A stretch of 62,679 nt of DNA, the filler included, from Gemmatimonadota bacterium (GTDB lineage: Bacteria > 4572-55 > J002): NCBI GenBank assembly GCA_003697105.1. It is 8 parts of 8 records of this genome, joined end to end, with 100 filler letters (N's around TTAATTAATTAA, not from the genome) between each part and the next. Parts side by side here need not be neighbours in the genome. Positions count along the whole stretch, not along the records: positions 50,533 to 56,288 come from RFFQ01000006.1; positions 56,389 to 62,679 come from RFFQ01000063.1; 6 more parts are not named here. One strand, 5' to 3'. The notes under the pieces were generated by a model. It saw only the letters and a list, made by a program, of their open reading frames with translations. It was not told the origin of the DNA and did no database searches. Made by a program: the position numbers and the translations under genes. Positions 53,103 through 62,679 of the stretch are shown one piece after another (within the stretch, counting starts at the first letter, position 1; each line of letters opens with the position of its first letter).

Positions 53103-55664
53103 ATGAAACCTTCCATTTTTGGGATCATCTGTTTGCTGTTCTCTTTCGTCAAACTATCCATTGCCGGAATTACCGGTACACTGTCGGGACATATCATTGA
53201 TAATGACACCCAGACACCGTTGGAAGGTGTCAACGTGGTTCTGGTCGGAACAGATTTGGGCACTATCAGTGATGAAACAGGATATTTTGTGCTGAACAAC
53301 ATCCCTGGCGGAACCTATGCTGTGCGCTTCATGCGGATCGGCTATACGACAAAAACGATCAAAGGGGTGGTCATCCTGATGGACCAGCATAAAAAGATCG
53401 ATGTTCACTTGCAAGCCACGGCTCTGGACGTCGGAGCAGAAGTTACCGTCCATGCCCAACGACAGTTGTTACAGCAAGATGTCACCGCTACGATGCATAT
53501 TACCACCGGTGAGGAAATCAATTTTATGCCGGTCAAGGACTTTCAGGATGCCATTAAACGAGAGCCGGGTGTTGTCGGCCGGCATGTGCGTGGCGGTCGC
53601 GAAACAGAAGTGCTCTATCTAGTGGACGGAATCCCGATTCAAGAAGCCATTTATGGCGAAACCGGCGCAAACCTACCCAATAGCTCCATTATTGAGATGA
53701 GCTTACAAACGGGCGGTTTTAACGCCGAATATGGAAACGCCATGAGCGGCGTGGTGAACGTCGTCACAAAGGAAGGTACGGCAAAAACACAAGGCTTATT
53801 CAAATATTACACAGATTATATCGGCGGGGACCAAAGCGATCATCTTAACCAATTTGAATTGAATCTTGGCGGCGGTTTATGGGGCGAAAAGAACAACTAT
53901 TTCCTCTCAGCAGATTTCGCCACATCTGATACGCGCTGGCGAACCCAATTTGACGGCAAAATTGATGCTCCCAACCTGATCCGCTATAACATCAATGGCA
54001 AAGCGGTGACCTACTTCCACCCGCGTCATAAACTGGTGTGGCAAGGGATTATCTCCCATCAAACCTGGACCGATTACGAACACCCGTGGAAACGCCACTT
54101 AGAGGGACTACCCGAACATGAAAATAACAGCTATCGCTACAGCCTGACCTACACCCATACCCTCTCCTCAAAAACCTTCTACAAAACCAGTTTAAGCCGG
54201 TTTTATGTGTTGAATCAAATTCTAGGGAAAAATAATGGGGTCTATGAGATGGAGGATTACATCTTAGTGAGCGAACCGCCCCACTCAATCCGCTATTTTG
54301 TGGACAAACGCGATCCAACCGACCCTGACCCCTTGGTAAAACCCCAATGGCGCGATTCCGAGCAGATAATCACCATCGGTAAAGCGGACTTTACCAGCCA
54401 ATTGAACCCATTCAACCAGCTAAAACTCGGTGCCGAATTCACCCATTATGATCTGTATGTCAACAATGTGGAATACGTGCTAATTGACCCCGATGCGATT
54501 CTACCCGGCTACCCCCCCGAAGCCGCTTATAGCGTCTATGTGACAAAATATGATTATCAGCCGGTTGCCGGTGCGGCGTATCTACAATTTAAAACCGAAG
54601 CCTTACAAGAAGTGACCCTCAATTACGGGGTACGTTTTGACTTTCTCGATCCAAAAACCCACCGTCCCGCCGTCGAATTTGATTTCGAGCAAGGACGGAA
54701 CCCGTTCCGCCCACAAGAAATCATCAATGATAAAACCGTACGGGCAGAATTCCAATATCAGATAAGCCCTCGCTTTGGGGTTTCCATGCCCATCACCGAA
54801 ATTGATATGATCAATTTTAATTACGGGCACTTTTTCCAGTTCCCCCTGTTTAGCTACCTTTATACTAACCCCACTTACGATTTTAAGGGCTATAACTCAT
54901 TGTTGGGCAATCCCGATTTAGCGGCAGAAAAAACGGTCGCCTATGAAGTGGGGTGGGAACACTTGCTAACCGAGGATATTAAGTTCAGCGCCAACTATTT
55001 TAATAAAGATATTGAAAACCTCATTGATAAGGTAACATTTTACCTCTATGATGCCGAGTTGAATGCCACCAAACCCTTTGAGCAATATCGCAATTTATCC
55101 TTCGGGTCATCCTACGGGTTGGAATTTTATCTGGAAAAACGACGAGGTGTGGAAGCATGGAGTGGCTGGCTGGCGCATCTCTCCGGGAAGATTAGCTACA
55201 CCTGGATGCACGCCAAAGGGTCAAGCTCCCAGTTTGGGACACAGTACGACCCCGAAGGGGTAATTACCGTCCCACCCCATGAATATTATCTCAGTTGGGA
55301 TCAGCGCCATACGCTGGTAGCAAATGTGGATTATCGCTTGCCCGAAAATTGGGGCATCAATGTGTTATTGCGGGTCAACAGTGGGCAACCGTACACCCCA
55401 GCAGACCCCGATCCCTTCGATACGGAAACCCCCGATCCCAATAGCAAACGCATGGAAAGTACAACCTACTTTGATTTTAAGTTGAACAAAGATATGACGT
55501 TTGGGTGGCTGTTCGCCTCGTGTTTCCTTGAAGTACTCAATGCGTTTGATGCCGATAATGTAATTTGGGTGGACCATAACGGGCAACCGGGTGGGGTGTA
55601 TGCAGACCCGACAGCATGGGATGTGGGTCGCCGGATAAATCTGGGCATTCTCGGCAAGTTTTGA
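53103..55664 (+). CDS. TonB-dependent receptor
   Basis: G.LSG.IID...PL.GVNV N-domain, HVRGGR..E, GGFNAEYGNAMSGVVNVVTK plug, GNPDL..EKT..YE.G, terminal F. Confidence 0.93.
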   Translation: MKPSIFGIICLLFSFVKLSIAGITGTLSGHIIDNDTQTPLEGVNVVLVGTDLGTISDETGYFVLNNIPGGTYAVRFMRIGYTTKTIKGVVILMDQHKKIDVHLQATALDVGAEVTVHAQRQLLQQDVTATMHITTGEEINFMPVKDFQDAIKREPGVVGRHVRGGRETEVLYLVDGIPIQEAIYGETGANLPNSSIIEMSLQTGGFNAEYGNAMSGVVNVVTKEGTAKTQGLFKYYTDYIGGDQSDHLNQFELNLGGGLWGEKNNYFLSADFATSDTRWRTQFDGKIDAPNLIRYNINGKAVTYFHPRHKLVWQGIISHQTWTDYEHPWKRHLEGLPEHENNSYRYSLTYTHTLSSKTFYKTSLSRFYVLNQILGKNNGVYEMEDYILVSEPPHSIRYFVDKRDPTDPDPLVKPQWRDSEQIITIGKADFTSQLNPFNQLKLGAEFTHYDLYVNNVEYVLIDPDAILPGYPPEAAYSVYVTKYDYQPVAGAAYLQFKTEALQEVTLNYGVRFDFLDPKTHRPAVEFDFEQGRNPFRPQEIINDKTVRAEFQYQISPRFGVSMPITEIDMINFNYGHFFQFPLFSYLYTNPTYDFKGYNSLLGNPDLAAEKTVAYEVGWEHLLTEDIKFSANYFNKDIENLIDKVTFYLYDAELNATKPFEQYRNLSFGSSYGLEFYLEKRRGVEAWSGWLAHLSGKISYTWMHAKGSSSQFGTQYDPEGVITVPPHEYYLSWDQRHTLVANVDYRLPENWGINVLLRVNSGQPYTPADPDPFDTETPDPNSKRMESTTYFDFKLNKDMTFGWLFASCFLEVLNAFDADNVIWVDHNGQPGGVYADPTAWDVGRRINLGILGKF

Positions 55665-55685
55665 ACAAATACAAATGGGTATAGC

Positions 55686-55719
55686 AAAAAAGGCGGAGCA
55701 ACAGTCTCCGCCTTTTTTT
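55686..55719. terminator. Bidirectional terminator
   Basis: AAAAAAGGCGGAG/CTCCGCCTTTTTT between convergent genes. Confidence 0.85.
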
Positions 55720-55740
55720 GTTCCAGATGCTTCCGAAGCA

Positions 55741-56112
55741 TTAGACATGCTGATCGATTAAAATCGGATTGCCGTCAGGATCAACGATGACCATACTCCC
55801 CGGTCCGGTACCGCTCTCATCCACCTCTTGGGCAATGGCGACCCCTCGTGCTTTGAGTTCGCGCTGTAGGTCGCGTATATCCGTAAACGTCTCCAACGGC
55901 TGAGCATCCTGATCCCAACCCGGATTAAAGGTAAGGATATTTTTATCAAACATCCCCTGAAATAAACCGATAACATGATCACCGTTTTTTAGAATCAGCC
56001 AATTTTGGGAGGCATCCCCGCCAAAAACGGTAAATCCCAATTTTTCATAAAATGCTTTGGAAATATGAAGGTCTTTCACACTTAAACTGATGGAAAATGC
56101 ACCCAGTTGCAT
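55741..56112 (-). CDS. VOC/glyoxalase family protein
   Basis: SLSVKDL..SKAFYEKLGF, DPDGNPILIDQH; RBS GGAG. Confidence 0.92.
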   Translation of the reverse strand: MQLGAFSISLSVKDLHISKAFYEKLGFTVFGGDASQNWLILKNGDHVIGLFQGMFDKNILTFNPGWDQDAQPLETFTDIRDLQRELKARGVAIAQEVDESGTGPGSMVIVDPDGNPILIDQHV

Positions 56113-56186
56113 CTAACTCCCTCCGAGTCTTAAAGGTATAAGGGGTATACTGCCGTTCACGCGCACCGCAGAGTGAAGATAAACAC

Positions 56187-56215
56187 ATTATAGTACCGGA
56201 TATGGTGAACGTCAA
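56187..56215 (-). promoter_or_regulatory. sigma70 promoter of VOC gene
   Basis: TTGACG-N17-TATAAT. Confidence 0.7.
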
Positions 56216-56288
56216 GGGTGCAAATAGAAACCCAGCCCTGAAGAATACTATTTGACCAGAAATCGCTTATATTAAGGGCAAAAGATCA

Positions 56289-56388
56289 NNNNNNNNNNNN
56301 NNNNNNNNNNNNNNNNNNNNNNNNNNNNNNNNTTAATTAATTAANNNNNNNNNNNNNNNNNNNNNNNNNNNNNNNNNNNNNNNNNNNN
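56289..56388. other. Assembly spacer
   Basis: N run with stop linker. Confidence 0.99.
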
Positions 56389-56942
56389 TCTAAATGCGCC
56401 GCAACAGAGAATGCTAACCGGACTTTCATCCCTGAAGAGTACCGCTTGACTGGCGTATCAATAAACTTTTCAACTTCCGAAAAGGCAACGATCTCATCAA
56501 ATTTTTTATCGACTTCCGCTTTGGTCATGCCTAAAATCGTCGCATTGAGATAGACATTTTCCCGTCCGGTCAGCTCTGGATGAAATCCGGTACCCACCTC
56601 CAACAAACTGGAAACGCGCCCATTAATAACGGCGCGCCCGGAGGTTGGTTCGGTGATAAAAGAAAGAATTTTAAGGAGGGTACTCTTACCCGCACCATTC
56701 CGCCCAATGATCCCAATAACCTCACCCGTTTTGACCTCAAACGAGACATCTTTTAACGCCCAAATAATATCTTCGGCATCATCTTCTTCAAATTTGCTCA
56801 ATCTACGGAGCTTTTGTAAACTGGTGAACGGCGCTTTTGCCCACGATACCATCGCCCCAAAAAGCGTATCATGCAATTCTTCTTTAAGCCCAATACGATA
56901 CCGTTTGGAAATATTTTCTACCGAAATAGCAATATCACTCAT
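56389..56942 (-). CDS. wzt: Polysaccharide ABC transporter ATPase (partial)
   Basis: [33 protein letters not shown]. Confidence 0.93.
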
Positions 56943-57804
56943 ATTCCCGAATCACACGTTCAATGTACGTACGGTAATCGCACTGGGGATAGTGAGAAAG
57001 TGTTTCTTGCAACTGCTGGGGGGTAATAAACCCCATTCGCAAGGATGCTTCTTCAATACAACCGATCTTGAGACCCTGCCGGATTTCAATCGCCCCAATA
57101 AAACTATTGGATTCCAATAACGCTTGAGGAGTTCCAGCATCCAACCAGGCGATTCCCCGGTCCATAATTTGAACCAATAGCTGATTGTCTTCCAGATAAA
57201 CCCGATTTAAGTCGGTAATTTCCAATTCGCCCCGGGCGGAGGGTTTGAGATTTTTCGCCCGCGCGACGACGGTGTGATCGTACAAATAAAGACCGGGCAC
57301 AGCATAGTTGGATTTCGGTTGGGCGGGTTTTTCCTCCAAAGAGACGACATTCCCCGCTTTATCAAATTCAACAACCCCATACCGTTGAGGATTACGAACC
57401 CAATACCCAAAAATAGCAGCACCGTGATCAAAATCTGCAATAGCATCCCGGAAAAAGTCAAAATCACCATAAAAAATATTATCGCCTAAGATCAGGCAAA
57501 CATTATCATTTTGAATAAAATCTTCTCCGATGATGAACGCCTGCGCCAATCCTTCCGGCTTTGGCTGTTCCGCATAGGAAATTTCCAAACCGATGTGAGA
57601 GCCGTCACCCAACAACTTCTTAAACTGAGGTTGGTCATGTGGCGTAGTAATAATCAAAATCTCCCGAATACCACCCAAAATCAGCATAGAAAGCGGATAG
57701 TAAATCATCGGTTTGTCATAAACATACATCAACTGCTTGCTATACAGTTGGCTGATCGGAAAGAGCCGTGTGCCGGCACCCCCGGCAAGAATAATACCTT
57801 TCAT
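56935..57804 (-). CDS. rfbA: Glucose-1-phosphate thymidylyltransferase
   Basis: [49 protein letters not shown]. Confidence 0.96.
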   Translation of the reverse strand: MKGIILAGGAGTRLFPISQLYSKQLMYVYDKPMIYYPLSMLILGGIREILIITTPHDQPQFKKLLGDGSHIGLEISYAEQPKPEGLAQAFIIGEDFIQNDNVCLILGDNIFYGDFDFFRDAIADFDHGAAIFGYWVRNPQRYGVVEFDKAGNVVSLEEKPAQPKSNYAVPGLYLYDHTVVARAKNLKPSARGELEITDLNRVYLEDNQLLVQIMDRGIAWLDAGTPQALLESNSFIGAIEIRQGLKIGCIEEASLRMGFITPQQLQETLSHYPQCDYRTYIERVIREYE

Positions 57805-58649
57805 TAGGCAACATCCGCAAAAATACGTTCCATACGACGGAAATAAAAAAGCCCGCTCCCAAAAATCACGATAGCTGAAAGTGAACCCATGCCAATTAAA
57901 TCCCACGGCATGGGTGTAGAACCGAGTAATGCCGCGCGAAACCCTTCAATAACGCCGGCAATCGGATATAACCCGTACCACAATCGATACTGTGCCGGGA
58001 TGAGCGAACTAGGCCACACAACCGGCGCGGCATACATCAACAATTGCGAAATAAATTGGCTGGCATGTTTCACATCCCGGTACTGAATGCCCAATGCAGA
58101 AAGCCACATACCAAAACCAGCCGCGGTGAGCATCATCAACACAATGAGTAATGGTACGTAAATGATATTCACAGTCGGAGCAATTCCAAACCAGAACATC
58201 ATGGCGGCCAAAATCGAGGACGCAATAAAAAAGTCAACTAATTTCGCCAGCACCGCGGTCATGGGAATAATCAAGCGCGGAAAATAAACTTTGCTGAGCA
58301 TTTGAGCATTGGTAATCAAGCTCGTGCTGGACGTGGTTAGTGCAGTCGAAAAATAAGTCCAGGGCAACAGGGCGGCATACGAAAAAATCGGGTACGGAAT
58401 ACCATCACTGGGGACTTTAGCAAGCCCACCAAAAACTACCGAAAAGACCACCATGCTAAACAAAGGACGGATAATTGCCCACAAAAAGCCTAGCACGGTC
58501 TGAGCGTACAGGACTTTAATATCCCGCCAAACCAAAAAATAGAAGAGGTCCCGGTACCGCCATAATTCGGCGAAATTGATCAGTTGCCAGCCTTTTTTGG
58601 GTTCAATAACCGTCCTCATAGAGGAAGATTTATTCGCTGTCGTCACCAT
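57804..58649 (-). CDS. wzm: Polysaccharide ABC transporter permease
   Basis: RDIKVLY.QT.LG..W, KVYFPR, YRDV, multiple TM helices. Confidence 0.93.
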   Translation of the reverse strand: MVTTANKSSSMRTVIEPKKGWQLINFAELWRYRDLFYFLVWRDIKVLYAQTVLGFLWAIIRPLFSMVVFSVVFGGLAKVPSDGIPYPIFSYAALLPWTYFSTALTTSSTSLITNAQMLSKVYFPRLIIPMTAVLAKLVDFFIASSILAAMMFWFGIAPTVNIIYVPLLIVLMMLTAAGFGMWLSALGIQYRDVKHASQFISQLLMYAAPVVWPSSLIPAQYRLWYGLYPIAGVIEGFRAALLGSTPMPWDLIGMGSLSAIVIFGSGLFYFRRMERIFADVA

Positions 58650-58658
58650 ATGTAAGGA

Positions 58659-59648
58659 TCAAAGCCCCAACTGCTGTTGCTCGTAAACCATTACATCGTT
58701 AAGAATATCATCTAAGGTGTACTGGGGTTGCCACCCCAGGAGGTTCTGGATACGCGATGTATCCGGTACACGACGTGCCATATCTTCAAATCCGGGTGCA
58801 TACGCTTTTGAATAAGGGATATGGATAATTTCAGAGTGAGTCTGGGTGATGTCTTTGATTCGAGCCGCCAATTCATTGATCGAAACTTCTTCCGTGCTAC
58901 CAATATTATAAACATACCCGGGAGCTTCTGGATGTTCCGCCAAGCCTATAATAGCTTGAATAACATCTTTGACATGCCCAAAACAGCGGCGCTGAGTACC
59001 ATCCCCATATACCGTGATCGGTTCACCTTTTAACGCTTGTTGCATAAAGCGGGGAATAACCATTCCATATTGACCTCGTTGCCGTGGACCAACCGTATTA
59101 AACAAACGGAAAAGCACCACATCTAAGCCAAATTCATCCAGATACGCTAAACCAAGAAATTCATCTACCATTTTGCTGGCGGCGTATGCCCACCGGTGTT
59201 TGTCTGTGGCACCTAAAAGGACATCATCCGTTTCGTTAAACGGAATTCGATATCCTTTGCCATAAACCTCTGAGGTACTCGCGATTAACACCCGACAACC
59301 ATATCGCAAAGCAGACTTCAAAACCGATTCCGTACCCATAATATTTGTTTCGATAGTGTGCACCGGATGTTCTACGATCAGTTGCACACCGACTGCCGCT
59401 GCCAGATGAACCACAATATCGGCTTGAGATACTAGGCGGTCCATGACAATCGAATCCATAATAGTCGCGCGGGCAAAATGAAAATTGGGATGCGATAGTA
59501 AAGGGGCAATATTTTCCACCCGTCCTGTAGAAAGGTCATCAATAACCGCGACTCGCTTACCCTTCTTAATCAAGGCTTCGGCTAGGTAAGAACCCACAAA
59601 GCCCGCACCGCCCGTGATCAAATAAGATTCAAATGTAGATTGTGCCAT
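58659..59648 (-). CDS. NAD-dependent nucleotide-sugar epimerase/dehydratase
   Basis: TGGAGFVG, STSEVYG, YAASK, FNTVGPRQ. Confidence 0.92.
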   Translation of the reverse strand: MAQSTFESYLITGGAGFVGSYLAEALIKKGKRVAVIDDLSTGRVENIAPLLSHPNFHFARATIMDSIVMDRLVSQADIVVHLAAAVGVQLIVEHPVHTIETNIMGTESVLKSALRYGCRVLIASTSEVYGKGYRIPFNETDDVLLGATDKHRWAYAASKMVDEFLGLAYLDEFGLDVVLFRLFNTVGPRQRGQYGMVIPRFMQQALKGEPITVYGDGTQRRCFGHVKDVIQAIIGLAEHPEAPGYVYNIGSTEEVSINELAARIKDITQTHSEIIHIPYSKAYAPGFEDMARRVPDTSRIQNLLGWQPQYTLDDILNDVMVYEQQQLGL

Positions 59649-59665
59649 TTCTATGTACCCTTTCT

Positions 59666-61531
59666 CTAGCCACGAAGAACCTGTTGTGTTTTCAAATACT
59701 CCAGCAAGGTCTGCACGGATTCTTCTAAAGTCAATTTACCCGTATCAATAACCAATTCTGGCGCCTCCGGTTCTTCATACGGCGCGGAAATTCCCGTAAA
59801 CTCTTTGATGACCCCTTCACGAGCTTTTTTATATAACCCTTTCGGGTCACGGGCTTCGCATACATCTAAATCGGCTTTTACGAATACTTCAATAAAATCA
59901 CCTTTTTCTAAGATACGACGTACCTGATCCCGATCTTTACGGTATGGTGAAATAAACGCCGTCAGAACAATATTACCGGCATCAGCAAATAATTTAGCGA
60001 CTTCACCAATCCGGCGGATATTCTCTTCCCGGTCTTCAGGAGAAAAGCCCAAATCCCGATTGAGACCGTGCCGGATATTATCTCCATCCAGTACATAAGT
60101 TTGGCAACCCATATCAAACAGAACGCCTTGTAATGCGGTTGCTAGGGTTGATTTTCCGGAACCGGACAAACCTGTCAGCCAAATCACCACCCCCCTGTGA
60201 TTGTTGCGCCGTTCCCGGTCATGCTTGGAAATACCGGTTTCATGCCACGTAATATTGGTGCTTTTGGTGGCGTTGTGTTCGGCATAAAATCGGCGTAATA
60301 CGTCGGCAACCGGCTTCCGCATGATACGCTCGTCAATTTCTTCCCCATTACGGAGTTTTTGACGCAAAACCTTCCCGGCGATAGAAACCGTTTTATACCC
60401 TTTATCAGCGTAATCTTCAATAAGGCGCACACAGCCCAGTTCTTCAAAATAGGCGGCAAAACCCACCTTGACCGGCTTAATTTGCAAGTCTCCGTTGAGG
60501 TGATCAAACTTTTCATGGGCATCAAAATCTCCCCATGCGGGGGTACCATCATCAAAGGGGGCATCCGCATGTTTTCGCCCGATGATAATATCTGTAAAAC
60601 CGTAATTTTGACGATAAATAGCGTGCATAATCGCCTCTTTCGGTCCGGCATAAAACATTTTTACATCCAAACCTATCAACAAGAGCTGATCATGCAGGGT
60701 ATATCCTTTTTCTGCCCACAACTCGTTATCCAGATCACCTTCGCCTAACATTTGGCTTTCAAGAAGCACTTCATAGGTTTCCATCCGTACATCCGCCGGA
60801 ACATCATCCGATTTTGTTGCCCCTACCAATGGATTCAGCACGGCACCGGTAAAATATCCTTCGCGGGTGAGTTTCTCCATCGCATAGACCATGGCATATT
60901 CATGGGCACGATGAAGCGCATTGCGGGTCTGAAACGCCACAATGCGGTCCCATCCACGACGGGCAAACAATTGGCGTGTTTCCAGCGGTGTCAACATATC
61001 TTTACGATGCGCCATATAGCCAACTTCTGGAAACGCCCAAATTTTACCGCCTAACAGATAATCCCGCGGGTCATCGTTGACAATGCGAGGTCCGGGATGA
61101 TCTGTGCGCTCCGTACCATACACCGACCGGTTATAGCGAACTTTATCAAATTTATAAATATCGGAAATTTCCAAGAGACCAACAATCTTCTGTTGCTCAT
61201 TTCTGACGAGAACCATCTCACCGGTCTCGTAAGTCTCCGCATCTGCTTGGCTGACTGGAAAAGCAATTGGAATCGTCCAGGCATATTTTTTACCATGACG
61301 TTCGATGGTTTCGGTATCGAGCACATGATAAAATTCAGCTTCGCTCATCGGACCTTCTAACGGAGACAACCCCCCATCTGCCATGCGATAAAACATGGAA
61401 AGGTCGGCATCACTAATGGAATAGGATTTATAATTATCCGCGTGATGGGTATAATAATCTCGGTCTAACTCGGGTAAAATACGTGTCTTAATTTGATCTT
61501 GCCCATGAGGGCGGGGAATAACATGACTCAT
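59666..61531 (-). CDS. Bifunctional sulfate adenylyltransferase / adenylyl-sulfate kinase (Sat-CysC fusion)
   Basis: SPLEG, FQTRN, HRAH, YAGPKEA..HA..RQNYG (Sat); [31 protein letters not shown] (APS kinase). Confidence 0.92.
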   Translation of the reverse strand: MSHVIPRPHGQDQIKTRILPELDRDYYTHHADNYKSYSISDADLSMFYRMADGGLSPLEGPMSEAEFYHVLDTETIERHGKKYAWTIPIAFPVSQADAETYETGEMVLVRNEQQKIVGLLEISDIYKFDKVRYNRSVYGTERTDHPGPRIVNDDPRDYLLGGKIWAFPEVGYMAHRKDMLTPLETRQLFARRGWDRIVAFQTRNALHRAHEYAMVYAMEKLTREGYFTGAVLNPLVGATKSDDVPADVRMETYEVLLESQMLGEGDLDNELWAEKGYTLHDQLLLIGLDVKMFYAGPKEAIMHAIYRQNYGFTDIIIGRKHADAPFDDGTPAWGDFDAHEKFDHLNGDLQIKPVKVGFAAYFEELGCVRLIEDYADKGYKTVSIAGKVLRQKLRNGEEIDERIMRKPVADVLRRFYAEHNATKSTNITWHETGISKHDRERRNNHRGVVIWLTGLSGSGKSTLATALQGVLFDMGCQTYVLDGDNIRHGLNRDLGFSPEDREENIRRIGEVAKLFADAGNIVLTAFISPYRKDRDQVRRILEKGDFIEVFVKADLDVCEARDPKGLYKKAREGVIKEFTGISAPYEEPEAPELVIDTGKLTLEESVQTLLEYLKTQQVLRG

Positions 61532-61561
61532 TAGTAAAGGCTCTTGAGGTTAAAGGTGAAA

Positions 61562-62533
61562 TTAAATAGTTTTGATTTCTTTTGCCCAGTCCCGATGTTC
61601 CTGATACCATTGGACGAGCCTTGCCACCCCTTCTTCATACATGGTTTGAGGTGACCAGTTTAGCATACGTTTCGCTTTGGAAATATCCGCCCAACTCGCT
61701 TTCACATCTGCCGGGTGAGCCGGTTTATATGCTAACAGGGCTTTTTTTCCGGTTAGGTCTTCGATCAGATGAATCATATCAATCAATACCGCCGGTTTAT
61801 CCGAACCCAAATTAAATACCTCATATCCGACATGTTTCAGACCGGCAATGGTGCCCCGGGCAATATCTTCGACATACGTGAAATCACGCGATTGTAATCC
61901 ATCACCATAAACCACAACTGGGCGTTCTTCACAAATCCATTGGGTGAACCGGAAGAGACTCATATCCGGTCTTCCCGCGGGACCGTAAACGGTGAAATAG
62001 CGAAAAATGGTGACATCGATTCCGCATAAATGATGGTATGAATAGCATAAGGCTTCCGCCGCTTTCTTGGAAGCCGCATAAGGAGAGAGCGGGCGACTCG
62101 TCTCGCCATCTTCAGGAGACGGCATTTGATTATGCCCGCCGTATAAGCTAGAGGTGGATGCGAGGATAAATTTACGAACACCATGCGTTTTGCACAGCTC
62201 TAGTAAATTCAGGGTGCCGGTGGTGTTCGTATCAAAATAGACCCACGGATTTTCAACCGAAGGGCGCACACCAGCACGTGCCGCGAGATTGATAACGGCA
62301 TCAAACGTCTTAAAGTCAAGCTGGGCGAATGCAGACCGATCACAAATATCAAATTGATGAAATTGAAAGTTCGAATAAGGCTCTAACTGAGACAAACGCC
62401 ACTGTTTTAAGCGAATATCATACGCATCATTAATATTATCAACACCAACCACATGATGACCGTCTTCCAGCAACAACTCCGCAACTTTGGAGGCAATAAA
62501 ACCTGCAACTCCAGTAACTAAATATGTGGGCAT
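61562..62533 (-). CDS. NAD-dependent epimerase (UDP-glucuronate 4-epimerase-like)
   Basis: TGVAGFIA, LAARAGVR, YAASKK, FTVYGPAGRPDM, RDFTY. Confidence 0.9.
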   Translation of the reverse strand: MPTYLVTGVAGFIASKVAELLLEDGHHVVGVDNINDAYDIRLKQWRLSQLEPYSNFQFHQFDICDRSAFAQLDFKTFDAVINLAARAGVRPSVENPWVYFDTNTTGTLNLLELCKTHGVRKFILASTSSLYGGHNQMPSPEDGETSRPLSPYAASKKAAEALCYSYHHLCGIDVTIFRYFTVYGPAGRPDMSLFRFTQWICEERPVVVYGDGLQSRDFTYVEDIARGTIAGLKHVGYEVFNLGSDKPAVLIDMIHLIEDLTGKKALLAYKPAHPADVKASWADISKAKRMLNWSPQTMYEEGVARLVQWYQEHRDWAKEIKTI

Positions 62534-62679
62534 TGGACCGTGCTATTTTTTGCAAATGAATATAAAAATACCGTTTCAGTATGGAAAACCTTAGTTATAG
62601 GTGCGGTGCGATAAAAAAGGTATATAACCATACCAAAACGGTATTATCAACCGAGTTAAAGTTAGGTGTACCAAGATAA

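Noticed and set aside
57805-57906. N-terminal extension of rfbA in the ORF track
   Set aside because: Overlaps wzm in another frame; conserved start is MKGIILAGG

Overview
The window is not contiguous genome. It is eight contigs (1-5239, 5340-10068, 10169-17493, 17594-33889, 33990-40594, 40695-50432, 50533-56288, 56389-62679) joined by 100-nt N spacers carrying an artificial TTAATTAATTAA stop linker, so adjacency across gaps means nothing. The source is a diderm bacterium, inferred to be a non-Bacteroidia FCB-group lineage (carboxypeptidase-regulatory-type TonB receptors, a T9SS-like tail, canonical TTGACA-N17 promoters, AGGAG ribosome-binding sites). Housekeeping and accessory genes include scpA, metK, thpR, ffh, uvrA, copA, hemW, sbcC, yicC, trxA and pruA, a >1570-aa secreted LamG protein, TPR proteins, and a wzm/wzt polysaccharide locus with a fused Sat-APS kinase. 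Mobile DNA is limited to an IS3 remnant and the 3' end of a group II intron. The highlight is contig 40695-50432, a clade II nitrous oxide reductase operon (cyt c-nosZ-nosB-nosL-nosD-nosF-nosY). It is followed by a Cys/His-rich ORF with a C-terminal IFRPP motif (possible copper-sensing leader peptide) directly upstream of an OprC/NosA-like copper receptor, and then by an Rrf2 regulator. A 20-bp palindrome (TTAAGA-N8-TCTTAA), the putative Rrf2 operator, occurs four times on that contig. All calls come from motif recognition; no searches were run.
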